A stretch of 64,000 bases of DNA from an uncultured Thermoplasmatales archaeon. GTDB taxonomy: Archaea > Thermoplasmatota > E2 > DHVEG-1. The position numbers and the translations under genes are program-made. The notes under the pieces were generated by a model. It was not told the DNA's origin and did no database searches. It saw only the letters and a program-made list of their open reading frames with translations. Position 1 is the stretch's first letter; each line of letters opens with the position of its first letter. This document shows, piece after piece, positions 20,243 through 30,568 of this stretch. The DNA is taken from positions 6,987 through 70,986 of the forward strand of contig CAZTMK010000001.1 in the NCBI GenBank assembly GCA_964615235.1, read 5' to 3'.

Positions 20243-21235
20243 GTGGGCGGCGGCATAAGTGGAATGAGTGCTGCCTTGTCTATTAAAAAACGTGACCGTT
20301 CAATAAAAGTTACAATTTATGAAAAACATAAGATCATAGGATATAACTCGGAAGGTCGAAGATGTGCTGAGGCTCACTCAATAGAAGAAGAATGGTGTAA
20401 ATGGATACCTGAAAAAAATAGTTATTTCAATAATATTTTGGAAGCTGAAACTATTGTCGGAAATAAAGTCTACAAATTTCAAAGAGAGATTGGAACAGCT
20501 TACATTTTAAATCGTCAAGAGTTTATTTGTCAACTTGCAAGAGAAGTAGAACAATTGGGAGTTGAAATAAAAACTAACAATAAAATTAAAACACTTAGTG
20601 ATCTAGAAGCTGATGTAATTGTTGATGCCTCGGGATGCCCAAGCACTTTAAAAAATATTCTGAATCTAAGAAAAGGAATAACAAGTCAATCTTATCAACA
20701 AACGCTAGAGGATGCAAACTGTTACAGTCCAAATAAAATAAAAATAATATACATAGGAGAATATGGATATTATTGGATATTTCCTAGAAATCCTGAAAAA
20801 AGGGAGGTTAACGTTGGGGTAGGTCTATTTATTAGGGGAAAAAATAATTTGAAAGATATGTTGGAAAATTTCAAAAAAGAAAATGGCATCCTGGGCAAAA
20901 CAAATCATGTTACTGGGGGTCTAATTCCCCTAGGTTTACAAAGACCTTTAATTTATAGAAATATCCTCTTTGTAGGTGATGCAGGGGTCGGCACATTTCC
21001 GTTTACGGGTCAGGGCATATACCGTGCATTAATTAGCGGTGATGTGGCAGGTCAATGTATTTCAGATGGAAAAATAAAAAAGTATCCTTTTATAATAAAT
21101 AAGATGTTTATTAAATGGGACACAATCGGAAAAACAATTTATCGAATAAATAAGGTATTTAAAGAAATTAACCCTGATCTTGTTTTATCGATGCTAAATG
21201 CATTTTCGAAGACGACCAGCATGCTACATTTATAA
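20243..21235 (+). CDS. FAD-dependent oxidoreductase of the geranylgeranyl reductase family
   Basis: GxGxxG dinucleotide motif at the extreme N-terminus and a GDAAG-like motif (VGDAGVG). The true start may lie upstream of the track GTG; see findings. Confidence 0.45.
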   Translation: MGGGISGMSAALSIKKRDRSIKVTIYEKHKIIGYNSEGRRCAEAHSIEEEWCKWIPEKNSYFNNILEAETIVGNKVYKFQREIGTAYILNRQEFICQLAREVEQLGVEIKTNNKIKTLSDLEADVIVDASGCPSTLKNILNLRKGITSQSYQQTLEDANCYSPNKIKIIYIGEYGYYWIFPRNPEKREVNVGVGLFIRGKNNLKDMLENFKKENGILGKTNHVTGGLIPLGLQRPLIYRNILFVGDAGVGTFPFTGQGIYRALISGDVAGQCISDGKIKKYPFIINKMFIKWDTIGKTIYRINKVFKEINPDLVLSMLNAFSKTTSMLHL

Positions 21236-21257
21236 ATTCATTGAAAATCAATATTAA

Positions 21258-21656
21258 TTATTTCTTAAGAACCTGCTCAATTCGATTTTTTAAATCGTCG
21301 ATTTTAAATGGTTTTTCGATATAATCGTCCCCAAGAAATCCGCCAGCTTTCTTAGCGACATTGTCGGTCCGAGCCGTTAAAAATATTACAGGTATGTTTC
21401 CAAAATTCTTATTTCCCTTAATTTTGTCAAAGGTTTCCCAACCACTCATCTCAGGCATCATTATATCAAGTAAAACGAGATCTGGGTTATCAGTTTTTAA
21501 CATTTCAAGACATTCCATACCGTTTTCTGCACCCACTACTTCATAATCACCAGAAATACTTTCTAAACCATTTTTCACAGCAACAATAATATCAGGATTG
21601 TCATCCACCACAAGTATTTTTTTAGCCATCCTTATCTCCTTGATGTTGAATAGCAT
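21258..21656 (-). CDS. Stand-alone response-regulator receiver (CheY-like REC) protein
   Basis: KILVVDDNPD; phospho-acceptor Asp in LVLLDIMMP; conserved Thr and Lys later. Confidence 0.65.
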   Translation of the reverse strand: MLFNIKEIRMAKKILVVDDNPDIIVAVKNGLESISGDYEVVGAENGMECLEMLKTDNPDLVLLDIMMPEMSGWETFDKIKGNKNFGNIPVIFLTARTDNVAKKAGGFLGDDYIEKPFKIDDLKNRIEQVLKK

Positions 21657-21691
21657 ATCTACTTAATTACCTTTTTTATAGAAAAATAATT

Positions 21692-22828
21692 TCAAGACAA
21701 ATAATTATGAAATGAACGTTCATTAAGTATGCTAAGACGCTTTATTGCATCGATTTTTTGTTTGTCTCCAATTTTTGATTGTTTTATCCCCTGCATCAAA
21801 ATTTCGGTAGATTCATCCATTGCTTTTCTATCAACCGGGAAGGGAACACCGTCCTTGCCACCAACAGTAAAACTAAATTTTACGGGATCGCTCCATGAAG
21901 GTTTTTCACCGTAAATAAGTTCAGAAATTAACGCTAATGCTCTTATCGTGTTTGGTCCAACACCCTTTAGAGAAAGGAGTTGTTCATAGTTGCTAGGCTG
22001 AAAATCATAAATTTCCTTCATTTTTGACCAATTAATATTACGAGGCATATTTAGATATGGCACAATTATGCTTTTTTGATTTTTTATATTCCATTGATCA
22101 ATAGTTGTTTGAGTTTGACATCGTGCAAGCAATGCCCAATCTTTTTGTAATTGTCGGGGACTATCATTAACGAGCTCAACACATAGTTTTTGACATTGTT
22201 TACTATTTTCTGTAGCCATGTTAAGGACTGAACCTATGGATTTTTTTCCAATAATTGCATCATGCGGGTCCAAAACAAAATTATTTAAATGCTCGGAATA
22301 CCAATGATACCTACGGGCATAATTTAAATCACAATTTAATCCCTGCTGAATTACAGACCACTGACCATTTTCAGACATCAAAAAACAATGATGATAAAGA
22401 TTATATCCATCCTGTATCGTAGAATTGTCAACTTTTGCAGCCAACCTGCTAGAATACTCTAATTTTTTAATTACATTGGTTGATAAATTAAATATTTCTC
22501 CAATATTTCGAATTTGATTTAGAGTGTTTCTTGATGCCCTTCCCTTCCCTCCAACAATTGCTATTCCGTGTTCCTCTGGATCAATTGTATCTTTCAATGC
22601 ACCACATGTAACAGTAGTGGTTCCACTCGAATGCCAATCAAATCCTAACACACAGGAGAGAGACTGAAACCAAAAAGGATCGGAAATTCTTTTTAAAAAC
22701 TCATTTTTTCCATATTCTAAGTTGATTACATCAATTATTCCTCTAGCCAATAGTACCATTCTTTTGAATAACCATCTCGGTGCTTTTCCACCATGTAAAG
22801 GTAGATTAACTATACCTGTTTTTCCCAT
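21692..22828 (-). CDS. DUF763-family protein with C-terminal helix-hairpin-helix
   Basis: Resembles DUF763 over its length. HhH-like motif LLSLKGVGPNTIRALALISELIYG. Confidence 0.4.
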   Translation of the reverse strand: MGKTGIVNLPLHGGKAPRWLFKRMVLLARGIIDVINLEYGKNEFLKRISDPFWFQSLSCVLGFDWHSSGTTTVTCGALKDTIDPEEHGIAIVGGKGRASRNTLNQIRNIGEIFNLSTNVIKKLEYSSRLAAKVDNSTIQDGYNLYHHCFLMSENGQWSVIQQGLNCDLNYARRYHWYSEHLNNFVLDPHDAIIGKKSIGSVLNMATENSKQCQKLCVELVNDSPRQLQKDWALLARCQTQTTIDQWNIKNQKSIIVPYLNMPRNINWSKMKEIYDFQPSNYEQLLSLKGVGPNTIRALALISELIYGEKPSWSDPVKFSFTVGGKDGVPFPVDRKAMDESTEILMQGIKQSKIGDKQKIDAIKRLSILNERSFHNYLS

Positions 22829-23098
22829 TCTTATTATAAAATTAAAGATATTAACATATATATCCTTTACAAGGGTTGTTTAAAGTAAAGACAAACAATA
22901 GTTTCAATAACCCCTGTTTGACATTTATTAAGAAAAAAATCCTTTCTATATTCATAAGACGAAAATTGAAGGGGACTTGCCAGCGTTTACCAAGAGCTGG
23001 CATTTCTGCTATCAAATATTAGATTAAATACCAATTCCTTCCCCACATATACTTTCTTTTTAATAATTTTTAAATTGCATTCATAGAATTTTTAATGC

Positions 23099-25090
23099 TT
23101 GACTGCATATATAACAAAAATGCAACGCGAGCTCTCATCCTTTGATATTTATGTGATAGTCACAGAACTACAAAAATATGCTGGAAGTTTTGTCGAAAAG
23201 ATATTCCAATTAAATTGGAACGAAATAATTATTCGTCTAAAAAATCCCAAAACAAAAATTAGGGAAAATCTTTTCATTAAAAACGGAGAACTAATCTGCC
23301 TTACAAAAAAACAATTTGATACGCCTTTAAAACCTAAAACATTTTCATTAACATTGAGAAAACATATACTTAATGGTAAGATTTCCAGTGTTAACCAGCT
23401 TGGTTTTGATAGAATTATTGATTTATGTATTCTAAAAAAAATGGAAGAATACCACCTAATTATTGAATTTTTTTCTAACGGAAACATTATTTTGACAGAT
23501 TCTAAAAAAGTAATCATGATTCCACTTATAAATCAAAAATGGGCTCATAGAACCATTGCTAGAAATGTTAAATACATACCACCTCCTGTCCAAATAAATC
23601 CCTTTAACTTATCTTTATCTGAATTCACTCATTTATTGAATGAAAGCAAAGCAGATTTAGTTCGTACTTTAGCTGTAAAAATTAACCTCGGTGGTATTTA
23701 TGCCGAGGAATTATGTAATCGATGCAAAATTCAAAAAAATATTAAAATTTCTGAATTGAAAAAGGATGATTTCAATAAAATATATGGAAAATTAGTAGAA
23801 TTGCTTAATACATTTAAAGAAGGTAAGTTCAGCCCTACTATCATCAAAAGAAACGGAGTGATCCAAAATATATTGCCAATTGATTTTGTTTCCTATAAAA
23901 ATGAAAATGTTGAAACTTCAAAAAGTTTTTTAAAAAGTCTTGAAGCTTTTATCGAGACATCAAAATTAACAGATAAAAATCAGTCTAAACAAGTAAATGA
24001 AATTAAAAAACTTGAGAGACAATTATTACAACAACAGCAAGCAGTAAAGAATCTACAGAAAAAAATTGAAAATAAGAAGATGGAAGGGGATGTAATTTAT
24101 CTTAACATTTCAGTTTGTGAAGAACTTTTAAATGAAATCAGAAACACTATCAAATTAAAGGATAAAAAAGACAGCCTTGAGGAAATTAAAAATAGAGAAA
24201 TTGTAAAAGAATTTGACCCTCAAGATAATTTACTAACAGTATCTTTACCAGACATTAATGCAATATTACATGAAATAAATCTTGATTTTAGAAAAACCGC
24301 TGCTGAAAATGCTGAAATGTCCTATAGAAATAGTAAAAAATTTAGATTAAAATTGCAGGGGGCAAGAGAATCAATCGAGAAAACAAAGAGGCTTATAGAA
24401 AATTCCGAAAAAAATCTTGAAACAAAAATTGCAAAGAAGGAAGTTACAAGTAGAAAATTCTGGTTCGAAAATTACCGCTGGTTCATCTCTTCAGATGGGA
24501 ATATAGTGATTGGAGGAAAAGATGCTAAAAGTAACGAAAAAGTAGTTAAAAAACATCTGAAAAAAGGTGATCGGTATGTTCATGCAGATATCCAAGGTGC
24601 CCCAAGCTGTGTTGTTAAAAAAAGAGATCTAAATGATAACGAAATAGATATTTCCGAAAGGACATTAGAGGAGGCGTGTGTTTTTTCCACTTGTTATTCA
24701 AAGGCATGGAAACAATTTACTGAATCGCAGGCCTATTGGGTTCTTCCTGAACAAGTTAGTAAAACACCTCAAAGTGGCGAATTTGTCCCAAAAGGAGCTT
24801 TTATTATTCGTGGCAACCGCAATTACTGCAAGGTTAAATTGGAACTAGTTATTGGTAAGGTACAAATAGATGGAGTAACAAAAATAATGGGTGGACCTCT
24901 TCAATCAGTAAAGAAAAAGTCAGATGAGTATGTCCAAATAGTTCCAGGCAATACATCAAAAAGTGAAATTGCTTCGTTACTTGGAAAATTATTCAACGTT
25001 GATGTTAGTTTAATTGAAAGAACTCTTCCTCCAGGAGGATCTTCCATAACAAATTTTAAGGGTGTAAAATACGAAAGGGGCAAGGAATAA
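23099..25090 (+). CDS. NFACT-family protein (archaeal homologue of RqcH/NEMF/FbpA)
   Basis: NFACT-N region, a long coiled coil, and an NFACT-R/DUF814-like C-terminal region (HADIQGAPSCVVK). Confidence 0.6.
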   Translation: MTAYITKMQRELSSFDIYVIVTELQKYAGSFVEKIFQLNWNEIIIRLKNPKTKIRENLFIKNGELICLTKKQFDTPLKPKTFSLTLRKHILNGKISSVNQLGFDRIIDLCILKKMEEYHLIIEFFSNGNIILTDSKKVIMIPLINQKWAHRTIARNVKYIPPPVQINPFNLSLSEFTHLLNESKADLVRTLAVKINLGGIYAEELCNRCKIQKNIKISELKKDDFNKIYGKLVELLNTFKEGKFSPTIIKRNGVIQNILPIDFVSYKNENVETSKSFLKSLEAFIETSKLTDKNQSKQVNEIKKLERQLLQQQQAVKNLQKKIENKKMEGDVIYLNISVCEELLNEIRNTIKLKDKKDSLEEIKNREIVKEFDPQDNLLTVSLPDINAILHEINLDFRKTAAENAEMSYRNSKKFRLKLQGARESIEKTKRLIENSEKNLETKIAKKEVTSRKFWFENYRWFISSDGNIVIGGKDAKSNEKVVKKHLKKGDRYVHADIQGAPSCVVKKRDLNDNEIDISERTLEEACVFSTCYSKAWKQFTESQAYWVLPEQVSKTPQSGEFVPKGAFIIRGNRNYCKVKLELVIGKVQIDGVTKIMGGPLQSVKKKSDEYVQIVPGNTSKSEIASLLGKLFNVDVSLIERTLPPGGSSITNFKGVKYERGKE

Positions 25091-25093
25091 TTC

Positions 25094-26137
25094 ATGAAGA
25101 TTATTTTCAAAGACATGAAACACGGTGAAATTGGACTTATACCTGAAAATCTTGATGATATATGGCATTTATATAATGTAGTAGAAGAGGGCGATTTGGT
25201 AAGAGGAATTTCATATAGAACAGAAGAGGGAAAGGATGATAAAATAAGGTCAAAAAAAACTGAAAAAAAGAAAATGAAGCTTGGCATACGAGTAAAAGAA
25301 GTAAAATTTCATGAATTTTCAGACAGATTACGTATACATGGAATAATTGAAGAGGGGCCCCAGGATCTGGGTTCATTTCATACTTTAAACGTTACTGCAG
25401 ATTCAATGGATAGAATTAATATCATAAAGGAAAATTGGAAAAATCATCAATTAAAAAGATTAGATGAGGCTGTAAGTTTAAGAAGTCAGCCAATTTTATT
25501 TTTTATTTCTCTTGATGAAGACGAAGCAACTATTGCGATTTTAAGACAGAGTGGAATTCAAATGGTTGCTGAAATCAATTCAAAAAGATCCGGAAAAATG
25601 TATGAAAGTTCTGACAATGAAAAGGACTATTTTAATCAGATAATTAATATTATCAAGAATCAGAAATATCAAGATTCGCCTGTTGTGGTAGTAGGTCCCG
25701 GATTTGCAAGAGAGCACTTGCTAAAATTTGGAAAGGAAAATGCCCCTGAAATATTTAAGAACGCCCATACAAATAGTACTGGAAATGCAGGCATGAATGG
25801 CATACATGAGACAATAAAATCCGGTTTGATTAAAACAATTATAAAAGAAAACCGTGTAGCCCATGAAACAACGCTTATTGAAAAGCTATTTGAAGAAATT
25901 AAAAAAGATGGTTTAGCTACTTATGGGGAAAAGGAAGTAAAACTTGCACTTCAAACTGGGGCTGTCGAACGTCTATTAATTTCTGACATTCTAATCAGAA
26001 GTAAAAACGGAGAAGAGTTGTTAAATATCGCTAAACAAAACAACAGTGAATTTACAATAATTAATACTATGCATGAATCCGGAAAAAAATTTGAAGGACT
26101 GGGCGGAGTCGGGGCTTTTTTAAGATACAAGATTTAG
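25094..26137 (+). CDS. pelA: Pelota (Dom34) ribosome-rescue factor
   Basis: N-terminal PENLDDIWHLYNVVEEGD and an eRF1-like three-domain layout. Starts 4 nt after the NFACT gene. Confidence 0.7.
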   Translation: MKIIFKDMKHGEIGLIPENLDDIWHLYNVVEEGDLVRGISYRTEEGKDDKIRSKKTEKKKMKLGIRVKEVKFHEFSDRLRIHGIIEEGPQDLGSFHTLNVTADSMDRINIIKENWKNHQLKRLDEAVSLRSQPILFFISLDEDEATIAILRQSGIQMVAEINSKRSGKMYESSDNEKDYFNQIINIIKNQKYQDSPVVVVGPGFAREHLLKFGKENAPEIFKNAHTNSTGNAGMNGIHETIKSGLIKTIIKENRVAHETTLIEKLFEEIKKDGLATYGEKEVKLALQTGAVERLLISDILIRSKNGEELLNIAKQNNSEFTIINTMHESGKKFEGLGGVGAFLRYKI

Positions 26138-26140
26138 ATT

Positions 26141-26947
26141 TTATATCATTTGCCCGCCGTACCATAGCCAACGGTTGTAAAAGTCACCCACACCAGTTTC
26201 CTTATACTCGTCATCATTATTATCTTGATTGTCTTCTTCCATAATCTCTTCAAGGGTGTATTCATAATAACTACAAGTGATATCGATTTTAAAGGTATCT
26301 TTGAAGATAAATCGTTCAAAAATTCTACTCAACAGATTAAGTCTTTCCGCAATTTTTAGGGTACCTTTTAACTCGAAACTTACTCCAGTCCATTCAGTAC
26401 TGTAATACTCTTCAAGTTTATTATTTGCTTCCTCAAAGGATTTTTCCTCAATGGTTTGTGGAACAGAGATAAACTTTCCTTCAATGTTTATTTTTTCCTT
26501 TCCGTTACCAGTAATCATAATTTTGTGTTCTATACCATCTGGATCAATTATTTTTACAGTTAGTTGATCTTTACCAATATTAAGACGTCCTTGACCTAAT
26601 AAACCCAACAGTGGAAGACCCATTTTACTGTCTGTGTAACTAACGTTTATCTCTATTGACTTAATATTATCCATATCTATTTTAAAACAATCATCATCGG
26701 ACGCAGATTTTCCTTTATTTAGAAGAGAAAAAATGCTAGGCAGATTTAATGTGTAAGTTTTGCTATCTAATGTTCTGGTCTTTAAAGTCGATATTACATC
26801 ATACGTCATCATTTGACCCGCTTGATTTGACAGATCTTCATCATCACCATTTGACTGTGTGGTATATATAGCAATAGCACCAGCTGCGGCAATTAGGATG
26901 ACGACACCAACAACAAGAATTATCTTGTCATTTTTTTGAAGGTTCAT
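26141..26947 (-). CDS. Membrane-anchored hypothetical protein with acidic C-terminus
   Basis: Single N-terminal TM (ILVVGVVILIAAAGAIAIY). No recognisable catalytic motif. Confidence 0.3.
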   Translation of the reverse strand: MNLQKNDKIILVVGVVILIAAAGAIAIYTTQSNGDDEDLSNQAGQMMTYDVISTLKTRTLDSKTYTLNLPSIFSLLNKGKSASDDDCFKIDMDNIKSIEINVSYTDSKMGLPLLGLLGQGRLNIGKDQLTVKIIDPDGIEHKIMITGNGKEKINIEGKFISVPQTIEEKSFEEANNKLEEYYSTEWTGVSFELKGTLKIAERLNLLSRIFERFIFKDTFKIDITCSYYEYTLEEIMEEDNQDNNDDEYKETGVGDFYNRWLWYGGQMI

Positions 26948-27113
26948 AGATTCACCTTTGAAATTATAATTTGAATACGATTTTTCTATTATTATAAGTA
27001 TAGTTAATCCTTTATTAAGTTTTTTCGTCTTATATATAAATTAGAGCAATATAAATTTAACCAATTCTTATTTTGAATTATTTTTAAAATAGCGGAAACA
27101 ACGCGTACTTATT

Positions 27114-28127
27114 TTATTTTTCAAGTATTATTGGAAGTTTTTTTCCACAGTTGGCACATTTATCTTCTTTTAATCCCTCTTTGCTTACAGTAAAACCATA
27201 TCTTTCTATACAAGTATTGCCACAACTTGGACAAACCGTATTCTCGTATTCACCGTGAGGCACATTGCCAATATAGGGAAATAAAACACCAGCCTCTATG
27301 GCACATTTAAAAATTTGATTTAGAGTTTCAAAAGGAGTTATGGATGCTTCCATCATTTGGTAATCTGGATGAAAACGTGAGAAATGCACTGCAGTGTCGT
27401 TGCCAAGTTTTTCAACCACCCATTTACAAAATCTTTTTATCTCTTCCAAATCGTCATTGTATCCTGGAATCACAAGATAAGTTACTTCAAGGTGTATGTT
27501 TAATTCCTTTGCAAGTTCACACGTCTTGATAACAGGCCCCAATTTCGCCTTACAAACTTTTTTATAAAAATTTTCATTAAACGATTTCACGTCAACATTC
27601 ATGGCATCAAGATAGGGAGAAATTTCCATTAAAGCATCTCTGGAAATATAACCATTTGTAACATACACAGTGTACAGACCTGATGATTTTGCAAGTTTAG
27701 CTGAATCAAAGGTATACTCGTGCCATATGGTTGGTTCATTATACGTCCATGCAATTCCCTGACAACCATTAGATTTTGCTAGTTCTATTGCACGCTCTGG
27801 CATCACATCTTTGATATAAATGGAATCGTGATTTGCCGTTGAGATATCGTAATTCTGACAGTTAAGACATTTAAAATTACAGCCAACTGTACCTAGCGAA
27901 AACGCTTGAGAACCAGGATAAAAATGGAATAGTGGTTTTTTTTCAATGGGGTCTGTAGCCATCGACGAAACGCTACCATAGATTAAGGTTTTCAATTTAC
28001 CATTTACATTTTTTCTTACGCCACAAATTCCCTTGTTTCCACTCTTTATATTACATCCATGAGCGCAAAGGTTACATTTTATCGTTTGTTTATCAATTTT
28101 CCGCCAAAATCTAGCCTCTCTCTCCAT
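27114..28127 (-). CDS. AmmeMemoRadiSam-system radical SAM enzyme
   Basis: N-terminal extra Cys cluster (CNLCAHGC...GICGV) and the radical-SAM CNFKCLNC motif; length and layout fit that family. Confidence 0.6.
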   Translation of the reverse strand: MEREARFWRKIDKQTIKCNLCAHGCNIKSGNKGICGVRKNVNGKLKTLIYGSVSSMATDPIEKKPLFHFYPGSQAFSLGTVGCNFKCLNCQNYDISTANHDSIYIKDVMPERAIELAKSNGCQGIAWTYNEPTIWHEYTFDSAKLAKSSGLYTVYVTNGYISRDALMEISPYLDAMNVDVKSFNENFYKKVCKAKLGPVIKTCELAKELNIHLEVTYLVIPGYNDDLEEIKRFCKWVVEKLGNDTAVHFSRFHPDYQMMEASITPFETLNQIFKCAIEAGVLFPYIGNVPHGEYENTVCPSCGNTCIERYGFTVSKEGLKEDKCANCGKKLPIILEK

Positions 28128-28160
28128 TAAAAAGCTTATACAAAGTAATAATATATTAAT

Positions 28161-29456
28161 TTATTCACCTAAAATCAAGCCTTTCATGCTTCTAAAAAAA
28201 CCTCTGTAAGGGTATTGATCGTCTATCTGTGGCTCCATCTTGGAAAAATCTTCTAATCCCTCGCCGGTTTTCAATCTATATCTTGCATAATAAAATGCCT
28301 CTTCAACCGAAACTTTACCATCTTTAAATATTGGCAAAATAGTAGGCCTACCTGTATCTAACAGCCCAGGCCTAAAACCATCTGCATCTCCCGATGTTAA
28401 TCCCTCAAACCACAAGCGTGAAAACAAAGGACCTCGTGTTAAACTTGCATAACCTACATGAAACTTGCTTGTGCCCGTTATTACAACCCTCCCAGGATCA
28501 GGAATACCTGATCTAAGCAAGAAAAATGTTGGAATCCCATATATTGTCTTTTCGGCATATCCTCCACTATAACACGCATCAACCAAAATGCAAGTTTTTT
28601 TGGATGTCAAACCAGAGAGAAGATCCCCAAATTCACTATCAGTAATTGTATCATCCCATAGATAAACTGCACTGTTTTCTAAGACCTTTCCTCCAAAATA
28701 TGGATCAGAACTGTCTCCATGTCCATGCCCAGCTAGCCAAATAAAAATTTCACTATCTTGGAATTTATTGGCCTGTTCTACAATGTATTCTATGTTTGAC
28801 TCTACATTTATTAGAGTTGCTTCACCATAATTGAAGTTGTATTCTGTTCTTATTTCTTGTAGTGTTTTTTCGATTTTTCCTAATCCATTATCTTTTCTAA
28901 AGTAACCATCATCAAAAAAAATGAAAATATTTGATTCAGAATAATCACATTTTTGTACAAGATATTCGGCCATATCTTCAGCAAAATATAACAGACCATT
29001 TCCTAGTTTGCTTTCGTTATCCTGAGGAAAGTTACCCGCAGCGATAAATATTCCCCATTTGTGTTCACCAGATTCTTTAGGATCTGGGTTCTCAACAGTA
29101 ACATTAATTGATGCGATTGGTGAATAATCAATGCCGTCCCAACATCTAACTTTTATAGGATAATTTGAATCCTCTATTTCATATATTCTCCAATTATAAT
29201 TCCAACTGGCAGTACCGTCAGCATTTTTCCATTCACTGCCATTGGTTTTTACTTCTACTTTTAAAATAGTTTCGTCGCCATCTGGATCAGATGCAATTCC
29301 ACTAAGCATTACAAAATATGAAACGGTTGATCCATCCTTAGGAGATAATATTTCAACAATTGGAGCGTGGTTTTTTTCTTCTTCCTCTAAACAACCAGAA
29401 AATAATGGCACTGCAACAGTGATAATAATTAAAACTAAGGCTATTGCTTTATCCAT
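28161..29456 (-). CDS. Secreted clan-CD cysteine peptidase (legumain/clostripain-like) with N-terminal Ig-like domain
   Basis: Signal peptide. His-Gly motif (WLAGHGHGD). Cys motif (LVDACYSGGYAE). Paralogous to the edge ORF at 1-1460. Confidence 0.55.
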   Translation of the reverse strand: MDKAIALVLIIITVAVPLFSGCLEEEEKNHAPIVEILSPKDGSTVSYFVMLSGIASDPDGDETILKVEVKTNGSEWKNADGTASWNYNWRIYEIEDSNYPIKVRCWDGIDYSPIASINVTVENPDPKESGEHKWGIFIAAGNFPQDNESKLGNGLLYFAEDMAEYLVQKCDYSESNIFIFFDDGYFRKDNGLGKIEKTLQEIRTEYNFNYGEATLINVESNIEYIVEQANKFQDSEIFIWLAGHGHGDSSDPYFGGKVLENSAVYLWDDTITDSEFGDLLSGLTSKKTCILVDACYSGGYAEKTIYGIPTFFLLRSGIPDPGRVVITGTSKFHVGYASLTRGPLFSRLWFEGLTSGDADGFRPGLLDTGRPTILPIFKDGKVSVEEAFYYARYRLKTGEGLEDFSKMEPQIDDQYPYRGFFRSMKGLILGE

Positions 29457-29545
29457 GTTATGTACTATATATTATAAATTATAATTTATAAATTTTGTTT
29501 AACACTAAGTATCATCATTGCGCGAAGTTTTCAATAAAATTAATG

Positions 29546-30568
29546 TTAAAAATTTGATTTGAAATGTTCGTAACCTCTGTTTAATATTTTCGAATAACTA
29601 TCTCCGTGTTTTAAAATAATTTCAGTTTCTTTTGTTACCTTGCCAATTTCTGTAATTGGACAATTAATTTTTTTTAATTGGAGTTGAAGTTGTTTAAATT
29701 TATTCTTAGGCAATGTAAATAACAGCTCAAAATCTCCACCAAAATTTATTGCATAGTCAAATATATCTATATTTTTGTATTCATCTGCAATTTTTTTGAG
29801 TAAAGGAGAAATTGGAATTTTCTCTTTGTGTACGCAGAATCCAAGGTCATTGATTTCTGCTAATTGGTATAGAGAAGAGGAAAGACCATCAGAAATATCC
29901 ATACACGATGTAATAGTCTGTTCACCTGCCATTACTTTACCTTCTTCAACCCTTGGTTGAGGTTCTAATAAATCTCTAAAATTCTTTTTGTTATTATATT
30001 TCAATTTTATAGCTAGATATCCTGCCCCTGCTTTTCCCAAACAACCAGTTACTGCCAGAATTTCTCCGGGTTTCATACCTTTTCTACTCATGAATTCATC
30101 TTTTTTTACCCTTCCAAACACTGTTCCACAAATTGTTAAGTGTTTTTGTTCTTTAGTGTCTCCACCCACGATTGAAGTTTTATAGATCTTTGCACAATCA
30201 TCAGCACCCTTTATTAGCTCCTTTAAAAAATTTACTGAAGTATTTTTTGGTAATCCCAGAGAAAGGACTAAACCAAGAGGAGATCCGCCCTTAGCAGCAA
30301 TGTCACTGAGATTAACCGCGACCGAATACCAACCAATTTGCCATGGCGACATTGCCTTTGGCAAGTGTGTTTCATCTGCAATCATATCAGTTGAAACTAG
30401 TAAAAAATTCTCGCCATCGTCAAATGCAGCACAATCATCACCAATACCAATGGCCTCTGCCCCTTTACGAAATATACCACCAATAATATCAATTGCCTTT
30501 CTTTCTCCAATATCACTTAAAGTTTCCACGTGAATATACAAGATATTTACATTCAAAAAGTTTATCAC
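29546..30568 (-). CDS. thiL: Thiamine-monophosphate kinase
   Basis: AIR-synthase-related fold with ThiL N-terminal motif IGIGDDCAAF. The real start is probably the GTG at 30525-30527 (VETLSDIGE...) rather than the track ATG at 30568. Confidence 0.55.
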   Translation of the reverse strand: MINFLNVNILYIHVETLSDIGERKAIDIIGGIFRKGAEAIGIGDDCAAFDDGENFLLVSTDMIADETHLPKAMSPWQIGWYSVAVNLSDIAAKGGSPLGLVLSLGLPKNTSVNFLKELIKGADDCAKIYKTSIVGGDTKEQKHLTICGTVFGRVKKDEFMSRKGMKPGEILAVTGCLGKAGAGYLAIKLKYNNKKNFRDLLEPQPRVEEGKVMAGEQTITSCMDISDGLSSSLYQLAEINDLGFCVHKEKIPISPLLKKIADEYKNIDIFDYAINFGGDFELLFTLPKNKFKQLQLQLKKINCPITEIGKVTKETEIILKHGDSYSKILNRGYEHFKSNF

